A DNA stretch of 64,000 nt from Cetorhinus maximus (GCF_964194155.1 NC_135899.1:2914001-2978000), one strand, 5' to 3'; positions 49,445 through 62,538 are shown, numbered from the stretch's first letter. Program-made: numbers and translations. Notes: generated from the sequence alone by a model not told the origin.

Positions 49445-50678
49445 GAGGAGGTAACAAGGAGGATTGATAAGGGTCGCACAATGGATGTTGTCTACATGGA
49501 TTTCAGTAAGGAATTTGAAAAGGTCCCACATGCAGACTGGTCAGGAAAGTGAGATCTCATGGGATATACGGGACGGTGGAAGTTTGGATCCAAAATTGGC
49601 TCAGTGACAGGAAACAAAGGATAATGGTCGATGAATGTTTTTGCGAATGGAAAATGGTTTCCAGTGGTATTCCTCAGGGATCAGTGTTGGGGCCTTTGCT
49701 GTTTGTTCTATATATTAATGATTTAGACTTAAATGTGGAAGGTGTGATTGGGAAATTTGCAGATGGCACAAAAATTTGCCATGTAATTGATACTGAAGAA
49801 GATATCTGTCAGCTCCAGAATGATACTGATGGTTTGGCTGAGTGGGCGGAGAAATGCTAAATGGAATTCAATCCGGATAAGTGTGAGGCAATGCATTTGG
49901 GAAGGGCAAAAAAAGCAAGGGAATACTCAATAAACGGGAGGACATTGAGAAGGGTTGAGGAAGTGAGAGAGATTGGAGTGCGTGTCCACAGGTCCTTGAA
50001 GGTGGCACGACAGGTGGACAAGGAGGTCAAGAAAGCTATGGAATGCTTTCCTTCATTGGGCATTGTATTTTGTATTGAATACAAAAGCAGGGATGTAATG
50101 GTGGAACTGTATAAAATACTGGTTAGGCCACAGCTGGAATTTTGTGTACAGTTCTGGTCACCACATTAAAGGAAGGACATAATTGCTCTGGAGAGAGAGC
50201 AGAGGAGATTTATAAGAATGTTGCCAGGGCTTGAAAATTGCAGCTATGAGGAGAGATTGGATGGCTGGGGTCGTTTTTCTTTGAAGAGGGGGCTAAGTGT
50301 TGACCTAATTGAGGTGCACAAAATTATGAGGGACCTAGATAGGGTAGACAGGAAAGATTGTTTCCCCTAGCTGAGGAGTCAATTACCAGCAGACATAGAT
50401 TTAAGGTCATAATTAGAAGAACTAGAGGGGACATGAGGAAAAACCTTTTCACCCAGAGGGTGGTGGGCGTCTGGAATTCACTGCCTAAGTTGGTGGTTGA
50501 GGTTGAAACGCTCAACTCATTTAAAAAGGTACCTGGATCTGCATCTGAAGTACTGTAACCTGTGAGGCTACTGACCAGGTGCTGGAAAGTGGGATTAAAA
50601 TGAGTGGCTAGTTCCTTTTTTCCCTTTTTGGCCAGAGCAGACACGATGGGTTGAATTACCTCTTTCTGCACCATAACC
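49445..50678 (+). mobile_element. 5'-truncated CR1 LINE nested in the minus-strand CR1
   Basis: SGIPQGSVLGPLLFVLYINDL, KFADGTK, RPQLEFCVQFWSPH and a 3' UTR. Confidence 0.85.
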
Positions 50679-51696
50679 ATTGCCCTCACCAGTATCCAGT
50701 ACCGATTAGCAAGCAAGATAGACGCAGGGAACTCCTGCACTGCCTCTTAGACTGTCTAGCGGTCACCCATTCCCTTTCTGCCTGTATGGTCCTAACCTGC
50801 AATGTGACCACTTCCCAAAACGTGCTCTCCACGTAGTTTTCAGCCTCATGGATGCACCGCAGTGACTCCAGCCAGCACTCAAGTTGGAGCTCAAGCTTTT
50901 GCAGCCGGTGACACTTTCTGCAGATGTGTTTGTCTAGGACAACTGGTGCATCCATAACATCTCACGTACCTCAAGATGTACATTCCACTGGGCCGAGCTG
51001 TACTGCCAAATTGTAACTTTAGAACTAGTTGTTACAATTAGAATAAGTAGAATAACTTCCCAGTTACTCACCAAACAGCTTCTTCCCCTGCACCGATGTA
51101 ACAGAGATCTACTGGAGGCTGAATAAAGGTACAAAAGAGCACCTATATTCCATTCTTCACCAAACCACCCCCCATTTTACACTCTAGGCACCCAAAGCAG
51201 CACTCCCTAGTGCAGACAAAGCAGTATTGAGGAAGGTCTCTATTTATGCTCCCTGAAAAATGACTAACTCAAGCTTCTGAAAACCAGCTTAAGCTAGCTA
51301 CCTAATTAACTAGCTGCAGCTGCTTCCAGAAAGATGGTATACTCGTTTCAATAAAACTTAACTTCTCTTACCTTAAGGAGTACTTTCTAGTTCATTGCTA
51401 AATTAAAGAGAAAAAAAGGGCTAGACTTTAGATAAAAATCAACCCTTAAACTCCCTCACTCACCAGACTCCCGCTTTGCACTCTATGCACCCAAACCAGC
51501 ACTACACAAACCTACGGCCTGGACAAATTTATCGACATGAAAATAGTGATGGTGGCCAGAGGTTTATCATGGGGTGGAGTTTGACAACAAGGCTGCTTAC
51601 AGTCGGGTTCATAGACTCATAGTTTTTTTTAATTCGTTCATGGGATGTGGGCTTTGCTGGCTAAGTAGGATTTCTTGCTCATCCCTAAATCCCTAG

Positions 51697-52118
51697 ACTT
51701 GGGCTGTTTTCGTTGGAGCAGAGAAGACTGAGGGGCGACCTGATCGAGGTGTACAAGATTATGAAGGGCATGGACAGGGTGGATAGGAAGCAGCTGTTCC
51801 CCTTAAGTTGAAGGGTCAGTTACAACAGGGCTTAAGTTCAAGGTGAGGGGCAGGAGGCTGAGGGGGGGATGTGAGGAAAAACGTTTTTACCCAAAGGGTG
51901 CTGACGGTCTGGAATGTGCTGCCTGGGAGGGTGATGAGGGTGGGTTGCCTCACATCCTTTAAAAAGTACCAGGATGAGCATTTGGCACATCATACCATTC
52001 AAGGCTATGGGCCAAGTGCTGGTAAATGAGATTAGGTAGGTAGGTCAGGTGTTTCTCACGTGTCGGTGCAGACTCGATGGGCCGAAGGGCCTCTTCTGCA
52101 CTGTGTGATTATGTGATT
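51697..52118 (+). mobile_element. CR1 3' end (same subfamily as 35470-35871)
   Basis: Near-identical to the 3' end of the 29063-35871 element; tgtgatt tail abuts the HSP70 duplication boundary. Confidence 0.85.
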
Positions 52119-52374
52119 CATGACTTGCTTCGAAATACCCTTTAGCCCCAACTGCAATAAATTTAGAACAAACGTGCTCAAAGAAGTCAAAAAGCGTTTG
52201 CAAAACTCCGCGTTTATTTTTCCTCCCACCTATTGCTTACAGCAGTGTCCAGGAGATTTATCCTCAACGGCTGGAGACTCCGGGGCAATCCGGGAGGATT
52301 GGCAACCGCCTCATTGGTGCTGACCAACAATCTCCTCTTGGTTTTGTTCCTCCTTCCCGAATTCAGACAGCCCC

Positions 52375-52675
52375 AACTGATCAGAATCTATTCCTCTTCC
52401 CCCTTTCCGTTCCCTAATTCCCCCCGAAACACTCCCGGGTCCCTTCAGAAATTTCTCCCGCTTTCCAGCGGTTTCTTCGCCGGTCTCGATCCTTCCAGAA
52501 GATTCGCCAACTCTCGGCATCTGGTGGGCCCGTCGCGCTCTCAATGGCCGCCGCTTCAGAACCTTCTACAACATTCGGCGGTGAGGTCACCAGAACGCGC
52601 GCTGAATGGTCAAGGGCGCCGTCAATCAGACGCTGGGTGACGCCCACTCGGCCGCTCTCAGACTATATAAACGAC
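52375..52675 (+). promoter_or_regulatory. HSP70 copy 2 promoter: HSEs and TATA box
   Basis: TTCcaGAAgaTTC at 52493-52505; proximal HSE at ~52555-52576; TATATAAA at 52664-52671. Confidence 0.88.
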
Positions 52676-52801
52676 AAGAACTGGAAACCAGAGTTATCAT
52701 CGCCTGAGCGAAGAAATCATTTGGAAGCTGCATTACTACGAGTGGAAGATTTGACACCAGCATCGAAGAGTGAATTGAATTAACTTTTATCAAGACAGAA
52801 G

Positions 52802-54730
52802 ATGCCTGCAGCTAAGGGAACAGCCATTGGCATTGACCTAGGCACCACATACTCCTGTGTGGGGGTCTTCCAACATGGCAAGGTGGAGATCATCGCCAAT
52901 GACCAGGGCAACCGCACCACCCCCAGCTATGTGGCCTTCAGCGACACCGAGAGGCTTCTTGGAGATGCAGCCAAGAACCAGGTGGCCCTGAACCCACCCA
53001 ACACCGTCTTTGATGCCAAGAGGCTCATCGGGAGGAAGTTTGATGACCCGGTGGTCCAGTCTGATATGAAGCACTGGCCCTTCCAAGTGGTCAGTGATGC
53101 AGGAAAGCCCAAAGTGAAGGTCGAGTACAAGGGTGAGGATAAAACGTTTTACCCTGAGGAAATCTCTTCCATGGTGCTGACCAAGATGAAGGAGACGGCT
53201 GAAGCTTACCTGGGACACACCGTCACCAATGCTGTTATCACGGTGCCGGCTTACTTCAATGACTCCCAGCGGCAGGCAACCAAAGATGCCGGTGTGATCG
53301 CTGGTCTCAATGTCCTCCGTGTCATCAATGAGCCAACAGCAGCTGCCATTGCCTACGGCCTAGACAAGAAGGGTAGAGGAGATCACAATGTTCTCATCTT
53401 TGACTTGGGAGGTGGAACCTTTGACGTGTCTGTTCTCTCCATTGATGACGGTATCTTTGAAGTGAAATCGACAGCGGGTGACACCCACTTGGGAGGAGAG
53501 GACTTTGATAATCGCATGGTCAATCACTTCATTGAGGAGTTCAAGCGTAAATACAAGAAGGACATCAGTCAAAACAAGAGGGCGGTCAGGAGACTGAGGA
53601 CAGCCTGCGAGAGAGCAAAGAGAACCCTATCTTCCAGCACCCAAGCCAGTATTGAGATTGACTCTCTGTTTGAAGGCATAGACTTTTACACCTCCATCAC
53701 CAGGGCTCGGTTTGAGGAGCTAAATTCTGACCTGTTCAGAGGCACTCTGGAACCAGTGGAGAAAGCTCTGAGAGATGCCAAGCTGGACAAATCGCAGATC
53801 CATGATGTTGTCTTGGTTGGGGGCTCCACCCGCATCCCCAAGATCCAGAAACTGCTGCAAGATTTCTTCAATGGCAAGGAGCTGAACAAGAGCATCAATC
53901 CTGATGAAGCTGTGGCCTATGGAGCGGCTGTTCAAGCGGCTGTTCTGATGGGGGATAAGTCGGAGAATGTTCAGGATTTACTTCTCCTGGATGTCGCTGC
54001 CCTGTCTCTGGGTCTGGAGACAGCAGGAGGGGTGATGACTGCACTCATCAAGCGTAACACCACCATTCCCACCAAGCAGACTCAGATCTTCAGCACCTAC
54101 TCTGATAACCAGCCTGGTGTCCTTATTCAGGTGTATGAAGGAGAGAGAGCCATGACCAAGGACAACAATCTGCTGGGCAAATTTGAGTTGAGTGGCATTG
54201 CTCCTGCCCCTCGTGGGGTGCCACAGATCGAGGTCACCTTCGATATTGATGCCAACGGCATCCTCAATGTTTCTGCTGTTGACAAGAGCACAGGCAAAAC
54301 AAACAAAATCACCATCAGCAATGACAAGGGAAGGCTGAGTAAGGAGGAAATTGAAAGGATGGTGCAGGATGCAGAAAAGTACAAAACTGAGGATGAAGTC
54401 CAGCGGCAGAGGATCGCAGCCAAGAACTCCCTGGAGTCCTACGCCTTCAACATGAAGAGCGCAGTGGAGGATGAGAATGTGAAAAATAAGATCAGTGAGG
54501 CAGATAAGAAGAAAATCATTGACCAGTGTAACCAGGCAATATTGTGGTTGGAGAACAATCAGATGGCAGAGAAGGAAGAATTTGAGTACCAGCTGAGTGA
54601 GCTGGAAAAACTCTGTAAACCCATCATTGCCAACCTGTACCAAGGAGGGGCAGCTGCAGCTGGAGGATCTTGCAGAGACCAGGCTGGAAATAGCACAACC
54701 ACAGGACCGACTGTGGAGGAAGTGGATTAA
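52802..54730 (+). CDS. hsp70: Heat shock protein 70, intronless inducible type, copy 2 (canonical C-terminus GPTVEEVD)
   Basis: 642-aa ORF, all three HSP70 signatures, HSE + TATA promoter. Confidence 0.98.
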   Translation: MPAAKGTAIGIDLGTTYSCVGVFQHGKVEIIANDQGNRTTPSYVAFSDTERLLGDAAKNQVALNPPNTVFDAKRLIGRKFDDPVVQSDMKHWPFQVVSDAGKPKVKVEYKGEDKTFYPEEISSMVLTKMKETAEAYLGHTVTNAVITVPAYFNDSQRQATKDAGVIAGLNVLRVINEPTAAAIAYGLDKKGRGDHNVLIFDLGGGTFDVSVLSIDDGIFEVKSTAGDTHLGGEDFDNRMVNHFIEEFKRKYKKDISQNKRAVRRLRTACERAKRTLSSSTQASIEIDSLFEGIDFYTSITRARFEELNSDLFRGTLEPVEKALRDAKLDKSQIHDVVLVGGSTRIPKIQKLLQDFFNGKELNKSINPDEAVAYGAAVQAAVLMGDKSENVQDLLLLDVAALSLGLETAGGVMTALIKRNTTIPTKQTQIFSTYSDNQPGVLIQVYEGERAMTKDNNLLGKFELSGIAPAPRGVPQIEVTFDIDANGILNVSAVDKSTGKTNKITISNDKGRLSKEEIERMVQDAEKYKTEDEVQRQRIAAKNSLESYAFNMKSAVEDENVKNKISEADKKKIIDQCNQAILWLENNQMAEKEEFEYQLSELEKLCKPIIANLYQGGAAAAGGSCRDQAGNSTTTGPTVEEVD

Positions 54731-55084
54731 AACACGGGAAAGAATAAGGATACACATTGGGAATCTGACAGAGATTGTTGGACTCTTCCTCATTGAGCAC
54801 GAAGATTTATTTTGTATTTCTGACTGACAGTGGAGGACTTTACTGGACTAGATGCTGCCAGGTCTATACTGACTGTAATAGAAGGTGTGATGACAGTGCT
54901 GCTCTGTAAACTCTCTTCAGCCTGTGGCTTAACTTGCTGAATTAATCTGCTGAATCCTATTGAGGACGATCAGTGTAGTTGGCATCTAGTTATACTTGTT
55001 TTCTATGGAACTGTCCTTAATGTACAGGTTAAACTTTTTATTTATACTTGTTCACAGCTGGACACAGCTGCATTTTTGTAATCA

Positions 55085-55090
55085 AATAAA
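55085..55090 (+). terminator. Polyadenylation signal, HSP70 copy 2
   Basis: AATAAA at the homologous position with a downstream GT-rich element. Confidence 0.7.
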
Positions 55091-58000
55091 TGTCTTATTT
55101 ACTGAATTGTTTATTTGTGGTGATTTTGGACATGAATACACTTTTGAATTTGTGCTTTGAAATATTCATTTATCTGTATTTTTCCACTGTCAACTTATTT
55201 CCCATACAATTTTGACACTATTTCCACGGGTTATTTAAATTCCGATTCAATCACCAACAAGATTTGCATGTCATATAGCTGCTTTTCGCAAGTTAAACAT
55301 TTTGAAATGCTTTACTTCCAGTGAAACACTATTTCTGAAGTGCAGTCAATTAATTTTGTAAAAAATGAGCAGATCTTTAAAAAAAACTCTGGTTACAAAG
55401 CAAATTTTTATTTAATTCATTCATGGGATGAGGGCATCATGGCTTGGCCAGACTTCATTACCCATCCCTAATTACCCTTGAGGAATTGCCTTCTTGAACC
55501 ACTGCAGTCCATATCACAATATACTGTCAATTAAATGATTACATTCAGGGAGGAGGGAAAAAAACAATCTCTGTTGCAAGTTTTAAGAAAGCTACAAGCC
55601 CCGCAAGTCTAAGTGTACTGTCTTCAACTACAAAGTCATCACGTGCTAGACTGGATCTCGCTCTCCAGTCCATGCATTTTCACAGTGCCATTGTGTTTTG
55701 CTGCCTGTATCTTAACCTGACTGTGAAGTGCCTTGGCATGTTTAACTATTTTACAGGTACTTTATGAATAGAAGTTGTTGCTGCTCTAGTCAGAAATATA
55801 ATACACGGGTAGACACGCTTTTGACATTTTCTGTTCTGTCTGCTGCTCAGATATAAACCAAATCAAACCGGCTGAATAAATCAAAGTCTCAAAGTTAAAT
55901 GTTTATCCAATTTCTTCCACCTCTCCGAATAATTATTAGGTATGGTGTTGCTCAACAGCCATAAGCATTACCTGTCTTGTGAAGATGTTCTGCCCCCTAT
56001 TAAAACATTCCCTATTCTGTTCCTGCTAAAAGATGGACTGGACTGTGACTCAGATGACACCAGTGCAGAAAGTTCAAGAGCAAAGAAGCAGCAGTTTTCA
56101 TGTCAGGACAGTAGGTGGCAATGTTGCACACTTCAACTGTTAGCCAAGTGCACTCGACGCCAGGTACATAGGAAATACGAGCAGGAGTGGGCCATTCACC
56201 CCCGTGAACCTTCCACGCCTGTCAATTCGATCAAAGCTGATCTTCTACCTCAACATCACTTTCCCACATTCTCCCCACATCCCTTCATGTCTTTCAAATC
56301 TACAAATCTATCAATCTCTCTCTTGAACACACTCAACAGCCTCCGGAGCCAATAAGAGTTAATAAGACAAACCAAGTACCCAATATATACGGTGATTTCA
56401 ACAACACAACAAGACACCAAGAGACTTCTGGAGCCAGAAGCTATCATGGGATTCCCTCCGGATGCCTCTCCACTTCGTTTAAGACGCTGCTCAATCCTTA
56501 CCTCCGACAACATATCTGTTCGTACAGCCAGGACATTCTTCGATCTGAACGCTAAACCTAAGTGAGAATCTCAAGAAGATCTGGAGTTCAAACTCCACTC
56601 CAGACTTTTGAACCCATAATGTCGGCTAACACACCCAATGCAGCACTGAGTCAGTGCAGCTATGGCAGATGTGCCGGCTTTCCTTTGTGATGGCTCTAAG
56701 TTCAAATGTTTTAATCCTTGGCCAGACCCTGGGTTGTGGGGGTAGATCAGCTTGGAGACCAATAGCGTTTTATTTAAAGTTCAAGATTCTAGACGCTTAC
56801 TAAGTGAATAAAGCCACAGGTTCAACGGGTTTGGAACAAACAAATAAACTTTACAAGTTCAGGAAGATAAAACGATTTAAAATATTCATTTCGTACTCTA
56901 ATATTCAGGGTAAGTATCAGGTAAATGTAAATTAACAGGCGAATTATGGTCAGACATACCACATTATTCAATAAATCACAGAGGCAGCCAAAATTGATTC
57001 CATGCATTTCTCAGCAACCCACCCAGATATTTGTCAAATTGTGAACAACCAATCTCACTGAAACCTTGTCTTTCCCCCAAGTGTTTCCAAATCCACATCT
57101 GAAGATCTGCCTTGGAATTCTCTCCAAGAAGTCACTCCAACTCAGACGGCTTCAATGGCCTACCTTGCAGGGTTTCAACCTCACCTTCTGAGGTTATTTC
57201 CTCATACCTTCCCAAGTACACTCAAACACTAGCTCACGAGCATAATTTCAGCTCTTCGGTCATGCCAAGCACCTTATCGTCCAAAGGAGTACTTCTGGCC
57301 CATAGCAGAGAGTCACCAACCTACGGCAGCCTTCATGGATCTTCCAGGGTACAATTAGACCAACCGTGATTTTACTGAATAGCGGAGCAAGCATGATAGG
57401 CCGAGAGGCCTGCTTCTGCTTCTAGTGCGTATGTTTGTATTTTAAGTGTGAGCCTGGATGAATGCAAATTCTTTCTTTTTCTTGTCCAGTGAGATTAGGG
57501 GTTCTGCATCATCCAAACAGTCATCGTTAGCCAAAGTGAAACAATTATGTCAACCTCCAAGTCACACACCATTCTGACATGGAAATATCACACTGTTCCT
57601 TCTCTCTATCTGGGTCAGAATCCTGGAAATCCCTTCCTAACAGCACAGTGGGTACACCTACTCCATATGGACTGCAGCTGTTTAAGATGGCTTGACACCA
57701 CCACTTTCTCAGGGGCGGTTGGGTATGGTAATAAGTAAGACATTTCTAGTAATGTGCATCTCACATGCACGAACAGTAAAAAAAGTGAAGTACCATAGAA
57801 TACCCTGAATAATCAAGAATAACCATGTCTGGCATTCATTGCTGTGTAATCTTGTGATTTCCAATGCAAATATGCGCCCAACGGGCTTATGCAGCGATCC
57901 CTGCCATCAGCAGCCACAAATTCTAATCATATTTTGTCTGGAATTTAATAATACACCCCAATGAGTTTTGCAGCAGTGTATTGAAGCAAAATTAAACATC

Positions 58001-58544
58001 CAGCCACCTAAGATGATATAATAGAAGATTGCCAAAAGCTTGGCCACAGATGGGGTTATAAAATGATGGTCATAAAGGAGAAACCTGGAGGCGTGTAGGG
58101 AGGTAATTTCAGAGATTGGGACTTAGGCTGCTGAAGTAGCAGCCACCAATATTAGAGCAATTAAGATCACGAAGGCCTAAGAAAGGAGAATCAGAGGAGC
58201 TCAGTTATCTCAGATGGTTATGTGGCTGGAGGAGATTGGTAATATAGGGAGAATCAAAGTAGAGGAGGCATTTGAAAATGAGTTTGAGATTTTTAAAATC
58301 GAGATGTCACCTGAGCAAGAGCCAATGTAGCTCAGTGAGCAGAACAATGGTAGGGGAACAGAACTTGCTGAAAGTTCAGACAGGAGCAGAGTTTCATATC
58401 ATCTCAAGTTTTCAACCTGGAAAATGTGGGATGTCAGCCAGGTTTGCAGTGGAGTAGTTAAGTCTAGAAGCAGCAAAGACATGAATGAAGAAACCTGTCT
58501 CATGGACGAAGTTGGGACATGTTATGAATTAGGAAATAGGCCAT

Positions 58545-59300
58545 ACGAACATATGCCACACAAGCAGGAGGCCATCCAGCCCTTCGAGGCTGCTCCGCCA
58601 TTCAATAAGATCATGGCTCATCTTTAATTCAATGTGGAATGTCGAATTCCACATTCCCACCTCCCCCCGATAACCTTTGATTCCCTTGCCTAATAGAATT
58701 CATTTACCTCTGCCTTAAAAATATTCTGTCACGCCGCTTCTACCGCCTTTAGAGGCACAGAGTTCCAAAGTCACAGTTCCAAAGTCACACAACCCTCTGA
58801 GACAAAATTATTTCTCATCATCTCTGTACTAAAACAGCAACCCCTAATTTTAAAATAATCACCCCTAATTTTGGTCTCACCCACAAGAGGAACATCTTTT
58901 CCTTGTCCACCTTGTCAATACCGTTCAGGATCTTATGTACTTCAATCCAATCACCCCTCACTCTCCAAACTCCAGTGGAAACTAGCCCAGACTGTCTAAC
59001 CTTTCCTCATAAGACAACCTGCTCATTCCAGTTATTAATCTAGTAAGCCACCTCTGAACTGCCTCCAACACATTTACATCCTTCCTTAAATAAGGAGACC
59101 AAAACTGCACACAACATTCAACGTGTTCTCATCAATGCCCTGTATAACTGAAGCATAACATCCTTATTTTTACGTTCAATTCCTTTTCATCATGAAGGAT
59201 AGTATTCTGTTTCCCTTCTTAATTAATTGCTGTACCTGCATACTAACTTTGGGTGACTTGTGCACTAAAACACCCTGATCCCTCTGCACCTCAGAATTCT
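58545..59300 (-). mobile_element. CR1 3' fragment
   Basis: Reverse complement shows VQFWSPYLRKDV-like coding and a CR1-type 3' UTR. Confidence 0.7.
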
Positions 59301-59819
59301 CATCTTAGTGATAGGCAACATGTGGTCAGAGCTACATCTTGGGGTGAAGTTTGACACGAAGGTTGCAAACTGTCTGGTATGGTCTAACACAGTTGCCATG
59401 GAGAGGTCAAGGGGTTTCGGATGAGAGCAGCTAGAGTTCCTAACTGTACAAGATGTCTTGTCTCCAATGACACCCACACTCACCATCAGCCAGGCAACAC
59501 TTCCACCCTCAGAGCCCATCATCTTCCCAGGGCAAAATGGAAAACAATAAGGATTCATGATTCATGACTTGCTTCGAAATACCCTTTAGCCCCAACTACA
59601 ATAAATGTAGAACAAACGTGCTCAAAGAAGATAAAAAGCTTTTCCAAATGTCCGTGTTTATTTTTCCTCCCACCTATTGCTTACAGCAGTGTCCAGGAGA
59701 TTTATCCTCAACGGCTGGAGACTCCCGGGCAATCCGGGAGGATTGGCAACCGCCTCATTGGTGCTGACCAACAATCTCCTCTTGGTTTTGTTCCTCCTTC
59801 CAGAATTCAGACAGCCCCA

Positions 59820-60120
59820 ACTGATCAGAATCTATTCCTCTTCCCCCTTTCCGTTCCCTAATTCCCCCCGAAACACTCCCGGGTCTCTGCGGAAATTTCT
59901 CCCGCTTTCCAGCGGTTTCTTCGCCGGTCTCGATCCTTCCAGAAGATTCGCCAACTCTCGGCGTCTCGCGGACCCGCCGCGCTCTCATTGGCCGCCGCTT
60001 CAGAACCTTCTCCAACATTCGGCGGTGAGGTCACCACACCGCGCGCTGAATCGTCAAGGTCGCCGTCAATCAGACGCTGGGTGACGCCCACTCGGCCGCT
60101 CTCAGACTATATAAAAGGAC
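59820..60120 (+). promoter_or_regulatory. HSP70 copy 3 promoter: HSEs, CCAAT and TATA box
   Basis: TTCcaGAAgaTTC at 59937-59949; proximal HSE at ~59999-60020; TATATAAAA at 60108-60116. Confidence 0.88.
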
Positions 60121-60246
60121 AAGAACTGGAAACCAGAGTTATCATCGCCTGAGAGAAGAAAACATTTGGAAGCTGCATTACTATCAGTGGAAGATTTGAC
60201 ACCAGCATCGAAGAGTGAATTGAATTAACTTTTATCAAGACAGAAG

Positions 60247-62175
60247 ATGCCTGCAGCTAAGGGAACAGCCATTGGCATTGACCTGGGCACCACATACTCC
60301 TGTGTGGGGGTCTTCCAACATGGCAAGGTGGAGATCATCGCCAATGACCAGGGCAACCGCACCACCCCCAGCTATGTGGCCTTCAACGACACCGAGAGGC
60401 TTCTTGGAGATGCAGCCAAGAACCAGGTGGCCCTGAACCCACCCAACACCGTCTTTGATGCCAAGAGGCTCATCGGGAGGAAGTTTGATGACCCGGTGGT
60501 CCAGTCTGATATGAAGCACTGGCCCTTCCAAGTGGTCAGTGATGCAGGAAAGCCCAAAGTGAAGGTTGAGTACAAGGGTGAGGATAAAACGTTCTACCCT
60601 GAGGAAATCTCTTCCATGGTGCTGACCAAGATGAAGGAGACGGCTGAAGCTTACCTGGGACACACCGTCACCAATGCTGTTATCACGGTGCCGGCTTACT
60701 TCAATGACTCCCAGCGGCAGGCAACCAAAGATGCCGGTGTGATCGCTGGTCTCAATGTCCTCCGTGTCATCAATGAGCCAACAGCAGCTGCCATTGCCTA
60801 CGGCCTAGACAAGAAGGGTAGAGGAGATCACAATGTTCTCATCTTTGACTTGGGAGGTGGAACCTTTGACGTGTCTGTTCTCTCCATTGACGACGGTATC
60901 TTTGAAGTGAAATCGACAGCAGGTGACACCCACTTGGGAGGAGAGGACTTTGATAATCGCATGGTCAATCACTTCATTGAGGAGTTCAAGCGTAAATACA
61001 AGAAGGACATCAGTCAAAACAAGAGGGCGGTCAGGAGACTGAGGACAGCCTGCGAGAGAGCAAAGAGAACCCTATCTTCCAGCACCCAAGCCAGTATTGA
61101 GATTGACTCTCTGTTTGAAGGCATAGACTTTTACACCTCCATCACCAGGGCTCGGTTTGAGGAGCTAAATTCTGACCTGTTCAGAGGCACTCTGGAACCA
61201 GTGGAGAAAGCTCTGAGAGACGCCAAGCTGGACAAATCGCAGATCCATGATGTTGTCTTGGTCGGGGGCTCCACCCGCATCCCCAAGATCCAGAAACTGC
61301 TGCAAGATTTCTTCAATGGCAAGGAGCTGAACAAGAGCATCAATCCTGATGAAGCTGTGGCCTATGGAGCGGCTGTTCAAGCGGCTGTTCTGATGGGGGA
61401 TAAGTCGGAGAATGTTCAGGATTTACTTCTCCTGGATGTCGCTGCCCTGTCTCTGGGTCTGGAGACAGCCGGAGGGGTGATGACTGCACTCATCAAGCGT
61501 AACACCACCATTCCCACCAAGCAGACTCAGATCTTCAGCACCTACTCTGATAACCAGCCTGGTGTCCTTATTCAGGTGTATGAAGGAGAGAGGGCCATGA
61601 CCAAGGACAACAATCTGCTGGGGAAATTTGAATTGAGTGGCATTCCTCCTGCCCCTCGTGGGGTGCCACAGATCGAGGTCACCTTCGATATTGATGCCAA
61701 CGGCATCCTCAATGTTTCTGCTGTTGACAAGAGCACAGGCAAAACAAACAAAATCACTATCAGCAATGACAAGGGAAGGCTGAGTAAGGAGGAAATTGAA
61801 AGGATGGTGCAGGATGCAGAAAAGTACAAAACTGAGGATGAAGTCCACCGGCAGAGGATCACATCCAAGAACTCCCTGGAGTCCTACGCCTTCAACATGA
61901 AGAGCACAGTGGAGGATGAGAACATGAGAAATAAGATCAGTGAGGTAGATAAGAAGAAAATCATTGACCGGTGTAACCAGGCAATATTGTGGTTGGAGAA
62001 CAATCAGATGGCAGAGAAGGAAGAATTTGAGTACCAGCTGAGTGAGCTGGAAAAACTCTGTAAACCCATCATTGCCAACCTGTACCAAGGAGGGGCAGCT
62101 GCAGCTGGAGGATCTTGCAGAGACCAGGCTGGAAATGCCACAACCACAGGACCGACTGGGGAGGAAGAGGATTAA
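60247..62175 (+). CDS. hsp70: Heat shock protein 70, intronless inducible type, copy 3 (divergent C-terminus GPTGEEED)
   Basis: 642-aa intact ORF, all three HSP70 signatures, HSE + TATA promoter. Confidence 0.97.
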   Translation: MPAAKGTAIGIDLGTTYSCVGVFQHGKVEIIANDQGNRTTPSYVAFNDTERLLGDAAKNQVALNPPNTVFDAKRLIGRKFDDPVVQSDMKHWPFQVVSDAGKPKVKVEYKGEDKTFYPEEISSMVLTKMKETAEAYLGHTVTNAVITVPAYFNDSQRQATKDAGVIAGLNVLRVINEPTAAAIAYGLDKKGRGDHNVLIFDLGGGTFDVSVLSIDDGIFEVKSTAGDTHLGGEDFDNRMVNHFIEEFKRKYKKDISQNKRAVRRLRTACERAKRTLSSSTQASIEIDSLFEGIDFYTSITRARFEELNSDLFRGTLEPVEKALRDAKLDKSQIHDVVLVGGSTRIPKIQKLLQDFFNGKELNKSINPDEAVAYGAAVQAAVLMGDKSENVQDLLLLDVAALSLGLETAGGVMTALIKRNTTIPTKQTQIFSTYSDNQPGVLIQVYEGERAMTKDNNLLGKFELSGIPPAPRGVPQIEVTFDIDANGILNVSAVDKSTGKTNKITISNDKGRLSKEEIERMVQDAEKYKTEDEVHRQRITSKNSLESYAFNMKSTVEDENMRNKISEVDKKKIIDRCNQAILWLENNQMAEKEEFEYQLSELEKLCKPIIANLYQGGAAAAGGSCRDQAGNATTTGPTGEEED

Positions 62176-62532
62176 AACACTGGAAAGAATAAGGATGCAC
62201 ATTGGGAATCTAACACAGATTGTTGGACTCTTCCTCATTGAGCACGAAGATTTATTTCGTATTTCTGACTGACAGTGGAGGACTTTACTGGACTAGATGC
62301 TGCCAGGTCTACACTGACTGTAATAGAAGGTGTGATGACAGTGCTGCTCTGTAAACTCTCTTCAGCCTGTGGTTTAACTGATTGTTTTGATAAATTAATT
62401 TGCTGAATCCTATTGAGGACGATCAGTGTAGTTGGCATCTAGTTATACTTGTTTTCTATGGAACTGTCCTTAATGTACAGGTTAAACTTTTTATTTATAC
62501 TTGTTCACAGCTGGACTGAATTTTTGTAATCA

Positions 62533-62538
62533 AATAAA
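62533..62538 (+). terminator. Polyadenylation signal, HSP70 copy 3
   Basis: AATAAA at the homologous position with a downstream GT-rich element. Confidence 0.7.

Larger units (their letters stand above)
43660..51505 (-). mobile_element. Degenerate CR1 LINE (5' UTR/ORF1 at 51500-48930, ORF2 at 47400-43660) broken by at least four later insertions
   Basis: Minus-strand fragments HICRKCHRLQKLEL, FPGARVEDV...VYIGTND, YLDFHKTFDKV, KCEVIHFGRRN. Confidence 0.75.

Noticed and set aside
53978-54793. Long antisense ORFs over the HSP70 genes (221-271 aa; also 39407-40072 and 61423-62238)
   Set aside because: Antisense open frames are a known by-product of hsp70 codon usage; there is no independent promoter, domain or splice evidence.
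55942-56355. 137-aa ORF repeated at 63387-63800
   Set aside because: The identity is explained by the recent duplication; the homologous region after copy 1 does not keep the frame, and the 3' half is a LINE tail.
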